NCBI GenBank assembly: GCA_013239625.1
Contig: MU053513.1
Location: forward strand, 2,468,927-2,532,926
Direction: 5' to 3'
Length of the DNA: 64,000 bases
DNA from: Lama guanicoe
Lineage: Eukaryota
The notes under the pieces are model-generated. The model made no database searches. It had not been told where the DNA came from and saw only the letters and a program-made list of their open reading frames with translations. Below are positions 47,901 through 61,759 of the stretch, piece by piece (position 1 is the stretch's first letter; each line of letters opens with the position of its first letter). Made by a program: the position numbers and the translations under genes.

Positions 47901-48544
47901 ATGGTTGGAGTAGAAGATATAGTGTGACATCAAATGAGGAAGGGTATTTGTTATAAGTCAAGGAGATGTATCAAGCTTTCATCCTCAAGAGCCGGGGTGC
48001 ACTGCCCTTACTGCTCTTTGTCCACTGGAGCGACCATGATACGGGTTAGTAAAGCAAGGTTCATAAAACCCTGGTACTGTCACATTAGTGGCAGGGAGGG
48101 AAACCCTAGAAGCCGCAGGTAAGGGAGTCCATGTAGTGCAGAGGGTATGACTTTGGAGTCAGGCGGTGCTTTCTATAAGTCCAACCTCTGCCATTTCCAG
48201 GACCTGAGATCTTCTGTAAGTTAATGTTGCTGAGAATGTTTCTTAATTTTTATAAAATGGGATGGAAATGGGTTCTTCTTAAGTATGCCTTTATTGGTTT
48301 TTGTTTTGTATTTTAAGTAAGAACTGGAGATTACATCTATCAAGTCCCTTACATGGCAAGTGCTTCAAACTCACCTTTACTAATAAACATTGACTATAAC
48401 TCTAGTTGAGCCCTGTGCTAGAACTTGGGAAAGAAAGATGAATGAGACAGTGTTTAATTTTGTTTTGTTTTTCTTCAGGGAACTTACTATGTGGTTGACA
48501 AGGTAGACAAGTGTGGTAACCATTTTACAAGGAGGAGTTGAAGA

Positions 48545-49040
48545 AACTGCTAGCTGCCTTCTAGTCCTATCTGTCCTTCTTTCTTACCAAGGAGAACTCC
48601 AAATTTTGTTGGGAATATTACCCTTCAGTTAAAATACTATTTTACAAACCCCATTTGACAAGCAGCTATGTCCTTGCAGTTAAGTAACAGCCAAGGGGAA
48701 GTAAGCAGGAGTGCTGTGTGCCCCATCTGGGATGTTTCCTGAAGGTAAAGGAATGTTCCTTTGTTGTCTGCTTTTCTTCCTCTGCTACCTAGAATGTGAT
48801 GGCTGGAGCGTGAGCAGCCACCTTGGACCTGAGGAGGAAGTCTTGTAGAGAGAGGGTCAGGAAACAGCAAAGGAGATTTACCCTCGAAGTTAGATCCTTG
48901 GTAATTGTGAGGCCAGCCTCCAGCCTTTGGGGCTTCTTACCTTCAAATTTCATGAGAGAAGAATAAGCATATCTTTTGTCTAAGTCACTCCTATTTTGAG
49001 TTTACTGCAACTTCCAGCCTAACTTAGTTGAATGAGTGCA
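48545..49040 (+). mobile_element. MaLR LTR (MLT1J/K-like)
   Basis: ctagaatgtgatggctggagcgtgagcagccaccttggacctgagg...gagagaagaataagcatatcttttgtctaagtcactc blocks. Confidence 0.7.
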
Positions 49041-49360
49041 ATAGAATACAGCGAAGAACACTAAGAAGGGACTGATGACTTTTTTACAAGGGGACCAGGA
49101 AAGGCTTCTCAGAGGAGGTGATGCTTATGCAGGTTGAGGAGGATGAGCAGGGGGCCTGCCACCCAATATGGCATCAAGGTAGTAGGAGTTTGGTACTGTG
49201 TCTATTTATAGATATTGTTGGCATTACCTACACAAGGTTGTTAGAAGGAGGGTTTAAGGGCTCGCAGATAAATTGATCTGCCATTTCCCAAATAAGAGAG
49301 GGCTGGAGGTTTTCATTGAGAGGCTTAAACAATGGACTGGTATTTTTAAAATTTACTCAG

Positions 49361-49363
<3 letters not shown>

Positions 49364-49394
<31 letters not shown>

Positions 49395-49407
49395 TTGTGT
49401 GTGTGTG
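49364..49407. repeat. (TG)n microsatellite, interrupted
   Basis: About (TG)14, then tatt, then about (TG)6. Confidence 0.95.
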
Positions 49408-50274
49408 CACATGTGTGCATGTGATGATGCTTTGGAAATGCTAATAGCTGTTTTCTCCTATTTCTTTTTATGTCTTGACTCTTCTCCCACGTTTTACTAC
49501 TAAACTAGTCTATGTTTACTGCCTCTGAAGAAGAAAGTGGCTACACAGAGTAGAGAAAGGGAAATTTTTTTTCCTGATTTTTGAGATTCAAAAGCCCAGG
49601 TTCTGTGACGATTCTGACTCTCCAACAAAGACTGGAAAAAAAATCTGTCACTGGAGGTAGAAGACAGTCAGACAAGAAGCATGAATGCACCCCTAAGGAA
49701 GTTCTGCATGTCCTGCTCTCTGGGCCAAACCCCAGGCCAAAGTGGATGGGGCAGCTGGAAAACCCAGCTGGGTTTGTGGGCTCTGAAAACAGAAGGTCTC
49801 TTAGCCCTTTCCTAGAGCCCTGGGTAAGTGACAAGGCTCTGGAAGAGAAATGACCGTGCTGCATCTAGGCAGAATGGACCTTAGATACTTAGAATTCCTC
49901 TGAATTTCAGCATGGCTTGGGGTCTGCTGAATGATTGCTGTGTGTCCAGGAGTGGCCAGAAGCAGCATAGAGAGAGAGTCACTGAACCTAGGAAGTCTGG
50001 GGGAGGAGAAGGAAAGACTCAGGGATAACCAGACAGCATATTTCTGTGGCTGTCAACATGGAAAGATGACTGTGAGGATGTGTTGTCCATCCTCCGGCAC
50101 CTTAGTATTTCCCAAGGCCCCAGACCTTAGGTGTACAGATGACCCCATCATAGAAACATGAGCTGAAGCCCACCCTGCCAATCTGGTAAAGGGCAGCTAA
50201 GTTCAGTTATGGAAAAATAAAGAAAATGAGTCTTCTTCCAGACTTGAGGATGAGGCTAGAGATTAGGATCTGCC

Positions 50275-50540
50275 ATATCATTCATTCTCATTCATTCAAC
50301 AATAATTAATTAAGTGCCTATGAAGTGGCTGGCACTATTTTAGGCATTTGGAATGCTGCTGTGAACGAAACTAAAGAAATTCCTGCTCTGGTGTAGCTTA
50401 CATACTAGTTAGGGAGACATAAACAAATACAGAAAAATATGTAAATGATGTATTATCCAGCTGGGTAGTCATAAGAATTAGCTAGAGAAATAAAGCAGGT
50501 CAGGGAGAACTTCCCTGCACTAAAAGGTGAATATTCGTGC
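50275..50540 (-). mobile_element. LINE-2 3' fragment
   Basis: cattcattcaacaataattaattaagtgcctatgaagtggctggcactattttaggcatttgg. Confidence 0.75.
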
Positions 50541-52997
50541 ATTCATGATGAGGCTGAGTAGAAACCCTTGCTCTCATTGCCAATCTCGCTGTGTGTCATG
50601 CTGCTCTTGTGTAACCGATGAGGGCACATAACCACTGGTCATTCTCAAGGTGGAAAATACCAGAAATGTTGATGAAATTGTCCACTAATGTCTTCCAAAG
50701 ATCAGGGCCGAAGTTGAAGGCGGACACCACATTTTGGCTAAACCCCAGGGATAAAGCTGAACTTCAATGCAAGCCTCATACAGTCTCTCTTTTAACCCTT
50801 TATCCACCCCACTGGGTAAATACGTGCAGCTCAGTTTTCTGGGTGAGAACACTGACACTCAGAGAGCTCAGTCAGTTGGGCTAAGGTTATACCAGGATTC
50901 AGAGCCAGGATTGTGAATTTACGCCCCTCACTCTGCACTAAATTGGGTAAAACACTCCAGCGGGCTCCATGGGCTGTTTTACTGGACTCTCTAGCTTTGC
51001 AGCCAGTTCAGAAAGACAGGCCTGAGAAATCCTCTGCCACCCTGGAGGACCCTGTCTTGGGCAACTAAGTTTCAGAAAGTTGCAGCACTGCCATGTGGGA
51101 TGGAGTGGGGAGTGGAGAATGAGGGCAGAAATGGTTTGCAGCGAGACTCAAGATCTAGATTATTCGGCTGCAAACCTCTGTGGCTTACATTCAGCTGTAA
51201 TCATTCTGCAGACCATGCCAGAGGTGTATGTTGTGTTCTTAAACCAAAGGATCAGACAGTTTGAAAGGACTCTGGGGATACATCCAGTCCAATCATCCCC
51301 CTAATCTGTAAATTCCTCAGTAGGATCTATGACTTGGAGACACCTCACCCTTTTTCCCCCTCCCATCTCTTGTTTTATTAGAGAGAAGTTCTAACCTGAC
51401 TGCACAAAATGCCTGTGTTCAGAGGTCCTCCTGCTCTAGAGGTGAGCAAAAGGTGATGACCAGACACCAGGGGTGAGTAGCCCGGGATTCTCTGAAAGGG
51501 ACACCTAAGGACAAAACTCAAGGGTCTCTGTCCAAATTCCAATGTATCACTGATAATGGCAGGAAAAGAAAATTGGAGCCAATTTTATTATAACGGGGGC
51601 TTTCCTCAATATAGATATCAACAATTTGGCAAAGTTATGGGCCAACTGACTCACAGAATAAGCCTTAATAAAAGAATTCAACCTGAACAATGTGCTGTTT
51701 TATGGCGAGTACACGTTGGCTCACCTGTTTGAATTTACTGCGCTTATTTAATATCCTCTTTAAGATGAAAAATGATGCCAGCTCAGAGTTAACAGCATCT
51801 TTTGACGCTGAGAAAGTGCTCCTGTGGATTGACTGGCAGTCGCTCCTTCCTCAGACAGAGATTGAAAACTTTATCCTGAAAGTCTTGCTGTGGTGATGGC
51901 GTCCCGGGGAAACATTAGCGCCGGAGCTCAGGCTGATGGAATGATGCATCACTGCATGTACCTTGATTCTGCGGGCTCACTGGTCAAGGGTGTCCGCTTT
52001 CAGAGAGCCTTGGTCGACGGCCATCAAACTAACATAAAGGAAACTGCTAACTAACTCATATTTCAGTTTACAGGTTGGCTCTTGACATATTCTCCATCAG
52101 GCGGCATATTTTGCTTTTTCATTATTTTCTATCGTACCACCTCTTTGACTCTTAAAATCCTACCATCAGGAAAAATGATAGATTTATGGAGACACTCTGG
52201 ATATGAAATTATTCAAAGTCTCCTTAGAGATCTTGAACGTGATGGGGAAAATGCTACAGAAATACTTCAGGAAATAGGTAGACATAAGCTACTGACCTTT
52301 CCTGGGGCTCAGATTCCTGCCTCTGAACTCAGAGAGAGGCTGGAGGTATCTTCTAGCCCCCATTTCTCAGAAGTCTGTATTTCCCCTGCTGCTTTTCAGA
52401 ACAGATTCTTAGAAAAGTCTTCCTGTCTAGGCACACATTTTAGTTCTTGTTATTTTCTGTGTTAGATCGTGTAGGTTGGGTAAGGTGTGGGGCAGAATAT
52501 AACATTGGATTAGGACTCGGGAAACACTCTCTGGCTTGGCCAATGAAAGCTGTATGGCCTTGGCACTTAACTCCTCTAAATCTGAGTTCATTCATTTATG
52601 AAATGAAAGTACTAGATTAAACTCTCTCTATGGTTTTTTTAGTCCTAAAAGCTTAGGCTTTGCAGACCATTGGGATTTTATAATATTTAATAAATTATAA
52701 AAACAAATGATAGCATATAATTGTTATTTTGACTTCTTTCTAACAAGAGCAGATTTCTTTAAATAGAAAAGGAGTCAACCCGTTGGGCTCTTATGTTGGA
52801 AACTGGGAGTGGAATGCTAGATGAACCAATGCTTTTCACGCTGGTATCTGTGTACTCCTGGAGTCCATCAGAGTGTTTTCAGAAGCCTGCAAGCTCCTAA
52901 GCCTGAGAAACGCTGGTGTAGAGACAGCAAACCAAGCAGTGCCTAGAATCAGGTGGATGGGTAGGTAGAGATGGGTGGGAGTTTGGGAGTAGGAGGG

Positions 52998-53417
52998 TGT
53001 ATTTGTCAGGGTCTTTGCAGCAAATAGGAGGGCATTTAAACTGAGTAATTTGAGGAGAGTTTACTTAAGAGAGTATTTCCAAAGGTGTTGTGGGTCCAGG
53101 AAAACCTTAAACGGAAGTACAGTGTCCAGACACCATTAGCCCCCTAGGTTAGCGAGGGTGGAGAAAGGAGTAATCCTCAGAATAGAAACAGAGAAGAAGC
53201 TGTGACCTTCAGCTGAAGCGCACAGCCAGCCCACAGGAGGGGCTGCAAAAATACCCCAACCCCACCCTCCTTCCCACCTTCGTTCTCCTGCACATTCCCT
53301 GAACTCAACCAGGGAGCCTGCTGGTGTAACCAGACAGATCCGCTTCCACGGGGCAGAGGACACGATAGCAAAGCAGGGAGATGGATCTGTAGAAGCAAAA
53401 TGAAGCCTCTTACACAG
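52998..53417 (-). mobile_element. Solo ERV-L LTR (LTR41-like)
   Basis: tgtatttgtcagggtc...aaactgagtaatttgaggagagttta...ggatctgtagaagcaaaatgaag...caca, with TG...CA termini. Subfamily uncertain. Confidence 0.6.
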
Positions 53418-53887
53418 CGGGGTAGAGAAAAAGAGAAGGTTATATCCTTTTAAAAGGATGACTCAAGTGTTCAGCACCGTCTATAGTGAAGGCAGGCTTT
53501 GCTTCGTGTGATTCTATTTCAAAGTCCCATCAATTGAGATGCCTCAGCCTCTCCTCTCTCCTCACAGTGCCTGATGCAACGCATTGCACACGTGAGAAGC
53601 TCAACGGTGTGCTGATTTGATTAGATGGGTACTTATTAATCCTTCAAATTTGGAAGTAAAATTTAGAGCATGATAGTTTCTCAAAATTCAGACTTTCTCT
53701 TAGACATCGAGGGAAGGAGAAAAATAGAAGTCTTCTACGTTTGGGCTTATGAGGAAATGAAATGAAAAACAAAAATGGACGCCAAGATTTGATTTGTAAT
53801 TATTAACCATTCTTCGTGATGTGGTGCTGGTTTCCAATGACATTTCAAGGTTGTTTTATTAACCTAGTTTTAAAAACATCCCTTTGA

Positions 53888-53888
53888 G

Positions 53889-53929
<41 letters not shown>
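53888..53929. repeat. (GTT)14 microsatellite
   Basis: 14 perfect GTT units. Confidence 0.97.
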
Positions 53930-53931
<2 letters not shown>

Positions 53932-54763
53932 GTTATTTTTATCCCTACTTTATGGATGAAGAGAATGAGGCTGGAGGAGGTTGAGCAGTTTGCCCAAGGT
54001 CACACTGCTGGTAAATAGCTCTGATTCCATGTTAATTCCAACACACTGCTCATTACTTTAAAAAGATTAATACGAGGTTCCCTGAGGGGGGATGTTGGAT
54101 ACTAATTTATTCATCTCCTACCTTTTCTTTTTGTAAGTGGAAAATGTGACAATTTTATTTGCAACCTGATGGACTATTTTGGGGGGAGGAATTGAATTTA
54201 AATGATATCATCAATCACCTCCCCGGATGATGCATGGCTTCAGGAAACAAAATTAAAACAGTTAAAGCAGTTAAGCATATATTTTATTCTTCTTTTGCAT
54301 TTGCAACAGAATCAGAATACAGAACATATACCAACACCTGTTTGTTATTTGCAAACTACTATCTTTAACTTGTTCTTTTCTTTAACTGAGCAAGATTTCA
54401 TGTCAAATTCAGATTCTGCAGGTGGATTGTTTAGAAATAACACATCAAATTTCTTGTTCACACATCTAATTTCTTTTTGACCTCAGAGAATTCCCCAAAT
54501 CTAATGAGTAGAGGAATGAGGAGAATCTGGCTGCTCTTAGGCAGTTTTTTCCCTCTTTACGTATTTTTATGATATCGATTTTGCAGTGACTAGATGGTGG
54601 TCTCAGGGATACCCATTTGTCATACCTAATTAGGGACTAGAAATGGGTCTTCAGCAAATATTTCATTAAAAATGAGACTTCCAAGTAATAGAAAAATATT
54701 ACACGCAAGCTATAATGACAGGTACCTTACAAAAATATGGACAAATGGGGGAAATGAATAATC

Positions 54764-54769
54764 TATATA

Positions 54770-54804
<35 letters not shown>
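54764..54804. repeat. Compound (TA)(TG)(TA) microsatellite
   Basis: Directly visible. Confidence 0.9.
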
Positions 54805-54805
<1 letters not shown>

Positions 54806-55649
54806 ATAGTACCCCAGTTTTAATTAGATTTGTAGAATGTTAACATGAGGAGAGAGCTCAGAGAGAAAGTGGCTGGGAGGTAAACATCCATTTAAATACA
54901 TTTGCTTCATTTGGTACCTGCAACATAACTAGGAAGTTGAACTAATTATTGTCATTTTACATCCAAGGAAACAGGGGCTTGGAGAGGCTTGTAATGTAAT
55001 TTGCCCAATATCACACAGCTGGGAAATGGCAGAGCTGAGATTCAAGCCAGGGTTGGTCTGGATCGATTGGTCAAATGCGTACTCATAAATCAGTCATATT
55101 AAAAGACCAGAATCTAAGTTTTCTGACTCATAGCCCAGCGCTCTTCCAGCTCTATGACGCCTCCAAGCAAGGGTGAACCTGGACTCTGGGAATAAAGCGT
55201 GAAGCTTTGGCAGCTCTTTATTCCTCCTAGTGAGTCTCCCAGATCCACATAACATCACACATATGGATACTTATTGATGTTTAATGTAAGCCATTGCACA
55301 CGTACCAAGGAAGCAGAGCTAAGGAGGTTTCCACATCTATTCTCTCTTGATTGCAATTATATTGTTTCTTATCCTATTCACAGTTTATTAAAGATGGCAG
55401 TAGCTTAACATAATAAAATATATTGTGTAAAGCCATGCACCTGAGTGGCTATCGGTGAACTTGAGAGCTAAAGGATTTGTTGGAGATAATGTCACTTTTC
55501 CCTCCTCCACTGCTCTATGGAAATTAAGCCACAGAGCATTTCAGTGATGGATCTAGTCATCCATTTATATCAAGTTTTAGAACCCAGGTTTTCTTATCTG
55601 CAGGAGAGTGTGTTATTTCTTCAAATAAGCTTGTTCCAGAAACAACAAA

Positions 55650-56370
55650 AAGACGTAGAAAATAAGTAATCACAAGGCATGGTGTGCTGAAGCAACAAAA
55701 TGCAAGAAAAATTAAAGCGAGCCCTATTGATAGCTAGGTAAAAAGAGCAAATGGTGTTCAGGGAGAAAGAAATCAGATTGGCCTCAAAGTTTGGATCTCT
55801 TGCACAGACCAAAATGTAAGTGTTGGTATACGTGACAAGGTAAAAGTAATAACACAATTGACAAAACTCAAGATGTGAGGTGGTGAGGGTTTGGAGAGAA
55901 ATGGGGAGAGACTTACGTGCACCAATATCTTCAGATTTCATATTGAAGCCTCAACAGATCCAGTACGACATTGTTAAACCAACAAATGGGGACATATGTG
56001 CATTTTATATAGTTACAAAAGTAACACCAGAAGAACTAAAAGCAGAGCATAAATGAAAATTTTGGAAACAAAATATACACCATCTAGTCAAGGACTTAAA
56101 AAAGCATGAAGATTTAGATGATTTTATGATCTCATTTATATAAAAATCAATGCATACAAAATATGGATACACCTCCACCCCATGCACACATTACCTGTTC
56201 ATAAAGATGATGTATGGATTGAAATGGGAAGGGAAGGGGGGGACTATCACTTTTTATTTTTAGCATTTTTTTTATGGTACAAGAGTGTTCATTTTATAAT
56301 CTAGTAAATATGATTATATATATGTATATGTATGTATATATATATACAGTTTAACAATTAAACAAATAAA
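55650..56370 (+). mobile_element. Degenerate L1 ORF1-like element (HAL1-like)
   Basis: EKLKRALLIAR*KEQMVFREKEIRLASKF (~55706-55792) resembles ORF1p KEKILKAAREK.QVTYKG..IRLTADF; A-rich 3' region. Confidence 0.6.
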
Positions 56371-57595
56371 TGAAAGATGAACCAGCACTAGAGACTAATT
56401 AAGTTTTTAGCAATGATTCAGTCCACAAAACTACTGAGCTATGTCATTTACTACCTACTATCTACACTTGACTATTCAAATGCTGTGTCACCTCAATGTC
56501 CCAGATAACTACGTTGCACGTTGGGATACCAAGTAAGGCTGCTGCTGCCACCATAGGCTTTGGACACTTTGTAAGTCACTAATAATTTTCTATACCCAGA
56601 CTGGATCAACACACTTCTATTCAGTTGTGCGAGAACCCAGACTTCATATTCAATCCAGTTGTTTTGGCCCATCTACATAGGAAAGTATTTTGATAAAAAT
56701 TAGAATTTTCATTATCCCACACATGGTGCAAACAGAACCTCCAGTTCTCTCTCTTGTCAGGAAAGTAGAATATGAGAGCAGGTTAGAAAGAGAATTTTAC
56801 AAAAAGCAGGTATTTAAATCCTTTACATTTTAGGAAGGAGGCTAGTATGCATGACATCTAATCTCACCAAGAACATTTTTCAAGCTCCCTTCCAGTTTTC
56901 TCTTAGGTGTGTGACCTGCAACTAACATCACATATATTTTAACAAAATTTATTTCTATTTCTATTTTTTGAATAAATGAAAAGAAATTGTCTTTATAATA
57001 TGAATCACATTTTCAGCTTTACTGTTGTGTTGCATTTGAGTATCTGTGAAGTTTTTAAGCAGGAATTCTGAATAACAAGTAACATTTTTTATGTGCGTGA
57101 AAAATTCTCATTCTCTATGAAATGCTATTTTTCTCTGAGATAATTTACTGAGAATAGAAGTTCAATAAGTGCTCTGTGGTAATGACATTGCTGTTTTAAT
57201 CGATGACTTTACAAATTACTAATAGGCAATCTGGCTATCCAAGATGCAGACAAAAATGTGTTTTGGTATGGCTGTTTGAGTTAGGGTGTGTGTGTCACAA
57301 TAACTCAATAATCAGAACTGTCCTAATTAGAGCTGATGAAGCATAGCAAGGAAGATCCTCTTACCCTCACCATCTGGTTTCCTCCTCCAGCTCCTGACAC
57401 CTGCACTAGAACCAAGAAGGTCAGAATTTACGGGCCGGTACAGAGTGCAGAGATAGTGTGGGTTTTGTCAAGTCATCATCCCTGGGGTTCAGTCATTTAT
57501 TCAAAAAGTATTTATTAAGAACCTAACATGTGTCAGGCAGAACCAGCACTGGGATAGAGTAGAAAACAAAGTTCTGATTTCAATGTTTTAGGTAA

Positions 57596-60500
57596 TGTTT
57601 ACAGGTTGGTTTTGCCAGGGAGCAGACTCTGAGCTGGAGATTTATTAGGTTGTATTTCCGGGTTCGACACGTGGGGAAGGGCAGGGCAGGAAGAAGGACT
57701 GGACAGCAGGAGAGTGAGCGGCACTGCAGTCTCGGTGGATGGTTATCATTCTGTGCCACTCTCCAGCCCCTCTTCTTTGTTCCTGAGATCCCTGTCTTTC
57801 TCCTTTCAGGCCCTTGGCTAACCAGCCAAGTCATTTGCCACTGTTTGTGAATCTATTTATCCTCTTACCCTGGGCCACATCTCTTTCTGCACAAATTGGA
57901 TGACCCAGTAAACTGCCCAAAGCGCTGACTGTGGGGGGATTTCCTCCAATTACTATCAACCAAGGACACCTCTGAGTGAGGTTGTATTGCTGCCATGGTT
58001 CATTTCCAGCTTTCCCTCCTGGACCAACTGACCTCCCCATGAACCAAGCCTGAGGGTCTTTTCCTCATCCACTGGTGGGCCAGGAGGGATCTCCCAGGGG
58101 GCCCTGCGTGGTGAAGTACAGGTGAGGGAGAGCTGCAGGTGCAGACACGGTGGTGGATGACGTGTGGATCTGTCCATCTCTTCTCATAGGTTGTCCGTGC
58201 ACGATGGAGTTGCTCGTGCTCAATCCTGGCTGTACCACTTCCAAGTTAAGATGGATTGCTGCTGGGCCCATCCAATTTTATGACTTGGTGAGTCTGACAA
58301 AAATCAGGTCATGATGGACAGTTCTGGCTGTGTGTTCATTTGATACCCCGTGATCTGTCTTTTTCCCAAAGCCCTGGGGCAAGACTGCAAATGTATATGG
58401 TTGTCTGTTCAAGCGAGTGTAACTATTTCTGATCCTCTCTTCTGAGAGGGATGGAAAATAACTCATTTGCCAGATCAATAGCTGCATAGCATGCATCTGA
58501 GGTTGTGTTAATCTGCTCTAGCATATATAATACATCTAACATAGCAGCTGCCATCGGGGCTCCTACTTTCTGAGTTTGCAGTAGCATTTTGTCAACTTCC
58601 AGGATCTATCTGTTTCCTTAGAGGGGCCAGACTTATGACTTAAATGTTGCTTTGATGAGAATCACCATATCTACTTCTTTTAGGTGTAATAGTGCTGGTT
58701 TCTGCCATTGTCTCTGAGATGTGATGTTGTTTCTCATTTCCTATCTTAGAGCGTGGAGCAATGTCTGAGGCTTCCCTTTGGTGCCTTACTATGATAGCAC
58801 CTGCCACAGAGGCCAAGCATTCTCTGTGTCAGTTGTGTCAACTATCAGGTGTATTCAGCCTATACTGAATATATATATATCCATTCATTTGGGAAATGAA
58901 TACTCCATAGGCTCAATGGATGTGGTCCAGGGCTGCATTTCTCCTTTTGGCCCTTCTATACCCTCATACTAATGCTGGATCATGATGCCACCTCTGAGTG
59001 CCAAGGTCAGTTCAAGAGTCCTGTGTCCAAGAGTCCTCTCAGTGTTTGGGTGATCTTGTTTCTGCAGTGCACAGCTACTCAAGTAAATGGTTATAGGTCA
59101 CTTTGGGGAAATCATCATTAGGTGCACTTACAGGGTGTCAGAAGGCCCTTCTTCCTGGGGCCTGTCCTCTCCCTTGGTCAGTGGACTCTGGGTCTGAAAC
59201 CGGGCTCAGATCTGCAAACTGGGCAAGGAATTGTGGCCTGAGATTGGGATGACTGCACCCTTCCTTGATTTTCATCTTTGCAAGATATCAGTTCATCCAT
59301 CCTTGATATCTTTTGATTATGTATATTGACTAGTAACCTTGTTGGCTGCTCATTTATTCTTCACCTTCCCATTCAAGGATGCCATATGTAATGAACGGTC
59401 TGTATAATGTTCTGCAGGTCAGGCTCCCTGCCTGTACTTCTGACTCTGTCGCTCACCATCCTTGCATGCCCTACGCTTCTGGAATCTGGTCTTACGTTTC
59501 ACACTCTTATCTACCTGCTATTTGTGAGTCCAGTGTTATAATGGAATCTCCAGCTCAACTCTGGCCTGCAGAAGAGCAGCACCACTAAATGTCTTGGTGA
59601 TACTGGCACCTATCTCATCAGTGCATTCTTTATTACCTTGGTGACTGGGGTATCATTTGGGCTCTGTGACGGAACATAGTTTTCTAGTTGGTTTTTCAGC
59701 CATGCATAGTATACCCACTTTATTATGGCTCCCTTCTTTGAGTCTGTTATTCCCCTTCCTTTGTTTTAATTGAAGTATAGTCAGTTTACAATGTGTTAGT
59801 TTCTGGTGTACAGCACAGTGATTCAATTATACATATATATACCTTTTCATATTTTTTTCATTATAGGCTATTATAAGGTACTGAATATAGTTCCCGTGCT
59901 ATAGGGTAGGGACCTTGCTGTTTATCTATTTTATATAGAGTAGTTAGTATTTGCAAATCCTGAACTCCCAATTTATCCCTCCACCCTCTTCTTTTCCCCT
60001 TGGTACCCACAAATTTGTTTTCTATGTCTGTGAGTCTGCTTCTGTTTTGTAAATAAGTTCATTTGTTTCATTTTTTAAAGATTCCACATATAAGTGATAT
60101 CGTATGGTATTTTTCTTTCTCTTTCTGGCTTACTTCACTTAGTATGACAATCTCCATGTCCATCCACGTTGCTGCGAATGGTATTATTTTGTTCTTTTTT
60201 ATGGCTGAGTAGTATTCCAGTATATATACAAACCCCACCTCCCACTCTTTTAACCATCTGTCATGGTTATTCTAGCTCACTATGTGTGGATCATTGTTTT
60301 CTCCATACTTCAAGGTGTTATCCTTGTAGCATGTTCACATTATCTCCCAAAGTCCTTGCCGGGGTGTTAAATCTTGTGTCCTGGCAGAGTGCTTCCAAAC
60401 TGATAAGCTTTTCCTTATTAAACATTATGTTCAAGCCCCCTAATCCGGTGTCCTCAGCATCCGGTCCCATGTGTCTTCTCCCAGCCCCTGCTGTCACATG

Positions 60501-61753
60501 CTGGTAGCCATTTTGGAGAATATTCTTTCATCTTTATCAAGCCCAGTGTGTCTCTAGCTGGGTTATGTTGTGACCGCTCCCTATTTGTTTGCCTAGTGAA
60601 CAGGAAGAGATGTGAGGACACAACTGGAGGGGAACACATTTTGTCTTGTCAGGGAGCAGTCTCCCCATCATCCTCAAGCAGAGGAGGGGGCTTGAGTTCT
60701 TAGTAGACTGAGTGGCCTCTTAGGTTGAGAGCACTCAGGAGAACATGGGATTCAATATTGTCAGATGCATCGACCAGATATCCCTGTCCCATGTATCAGG
60801 GTCACGTTCTTCATCAGCCAGGCCCCTGGGCTTGGCATAGCCGATCTTCCTTGGTTTGGAATTTAACTGTCTTTGGAGCTCTGCTACCCTTCAGTGAAGT
60901 CCTGGGCTTGGTCCTCAGGTTTCTCTGCCCTCCCACCATAGGAGGTAAGAGCATCTGTGCATGCTTCCAAAGAAGTCCTTGGGCTTCACCTTTTAGTTGA
61001 TGATCAAGCACCCCTAACTTTATCTTATGTTTTTCCAGAGGCCTTTTGGGGTTAGGAATATCTACTCGATTCCATGTACTTATAGGTACTGTTTCACCAT
61101 ATATCTCAAAAGCTTGACCAGCAAATGCATTACCTTCTGTTGGTGTACCTTCTCTGTTTATCCCTGGTGAAAGTTTTAACAACTGCACTGTGTGTCAGGG
61201 ACTCTCTGTGTTCCACCTGCCACCAGTGATTGGGTTCTCATTGCCAGCAAGTGACAGGTAATCCAGACCCCACCCAAGCTCCAAATTCCCACCAGGGCAT
61301 ATGATTCCTCCAGTCACTTCTGGCATCAAATGTTTCAGGTTTGGTTCATAGGAAGCAGACTCTGAGAGGAGATTAATGTGTGTAATGTTTATTGGGGAGT
61401 GTTTTCAACTGTAGAAGCACATCTAGTTGGGTAGAGAAAGAATTGAACTGGGACACAGTCTCAGTGGAGACTGACCCTAAAAGGGAATTTCTAAAGCTGG
61501 GATAAGCCTTTAGAGTTGTCCCGACTTGGGGTGAAGGGGCTGGGGCTTTGCATCCCATGTGGACCAGTCATTGGATTCTTACTGCTCCAGGAAGGATCTG
61601 GGACCTGGTGCAAGATGGCTCTCTGCAGCCAAAGCTCTCCCTGGTGAAGCTGACAGCTAAGAGCTTCCTGTTGGCAGCATTCCCCACTGGGGGAAGAAGT
61701 TCCCTTCTTCCTGAAGAGGAATCTGGATGGTGGTGCATCCGTGTCAAATTACA
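57596..61753 (-). mobile_element. Internally deleted ERV-L provirus (LTR16 / ERV3-16A3-like)
   Basis: 5' LTR ~61331-61753 followed by a PBS-like tttgatgccagaagtg; protease QTLRGLLDTG (LDTG at 59019-59030); RT YAAIDLANELFSIP (~58450-58490) and YTFAVLPQG (~58372-58398); connection/RNase H region PSHKIGWAQQQSILTWKWY (~58235-58290); 3' LTR remnant 57596-57738. Many stops and frameshifts. Confidence 0.88.
59759..60230 (-). mobile_element. Artiodactyl-type L1 3' end inserted into the ERV-L provirus
   Basis: ttgaagtatagtcagtttacaatgtgttagtttctggtgtacagc...gattccacatataagtgatatc...tttatggctgagtagtattcc, the reverse complement of an L1 3'UTR/ORF2 end. Confidence 0.9.
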
Positions 61754-61759
61754 GACTTA

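Noticed and set aside
59013..59037. Direct repeat caagagtcct x2
   Set aside because: Falls on the ERV-L protease GLLDTG codons; largely a coding coincidence or small slippage.
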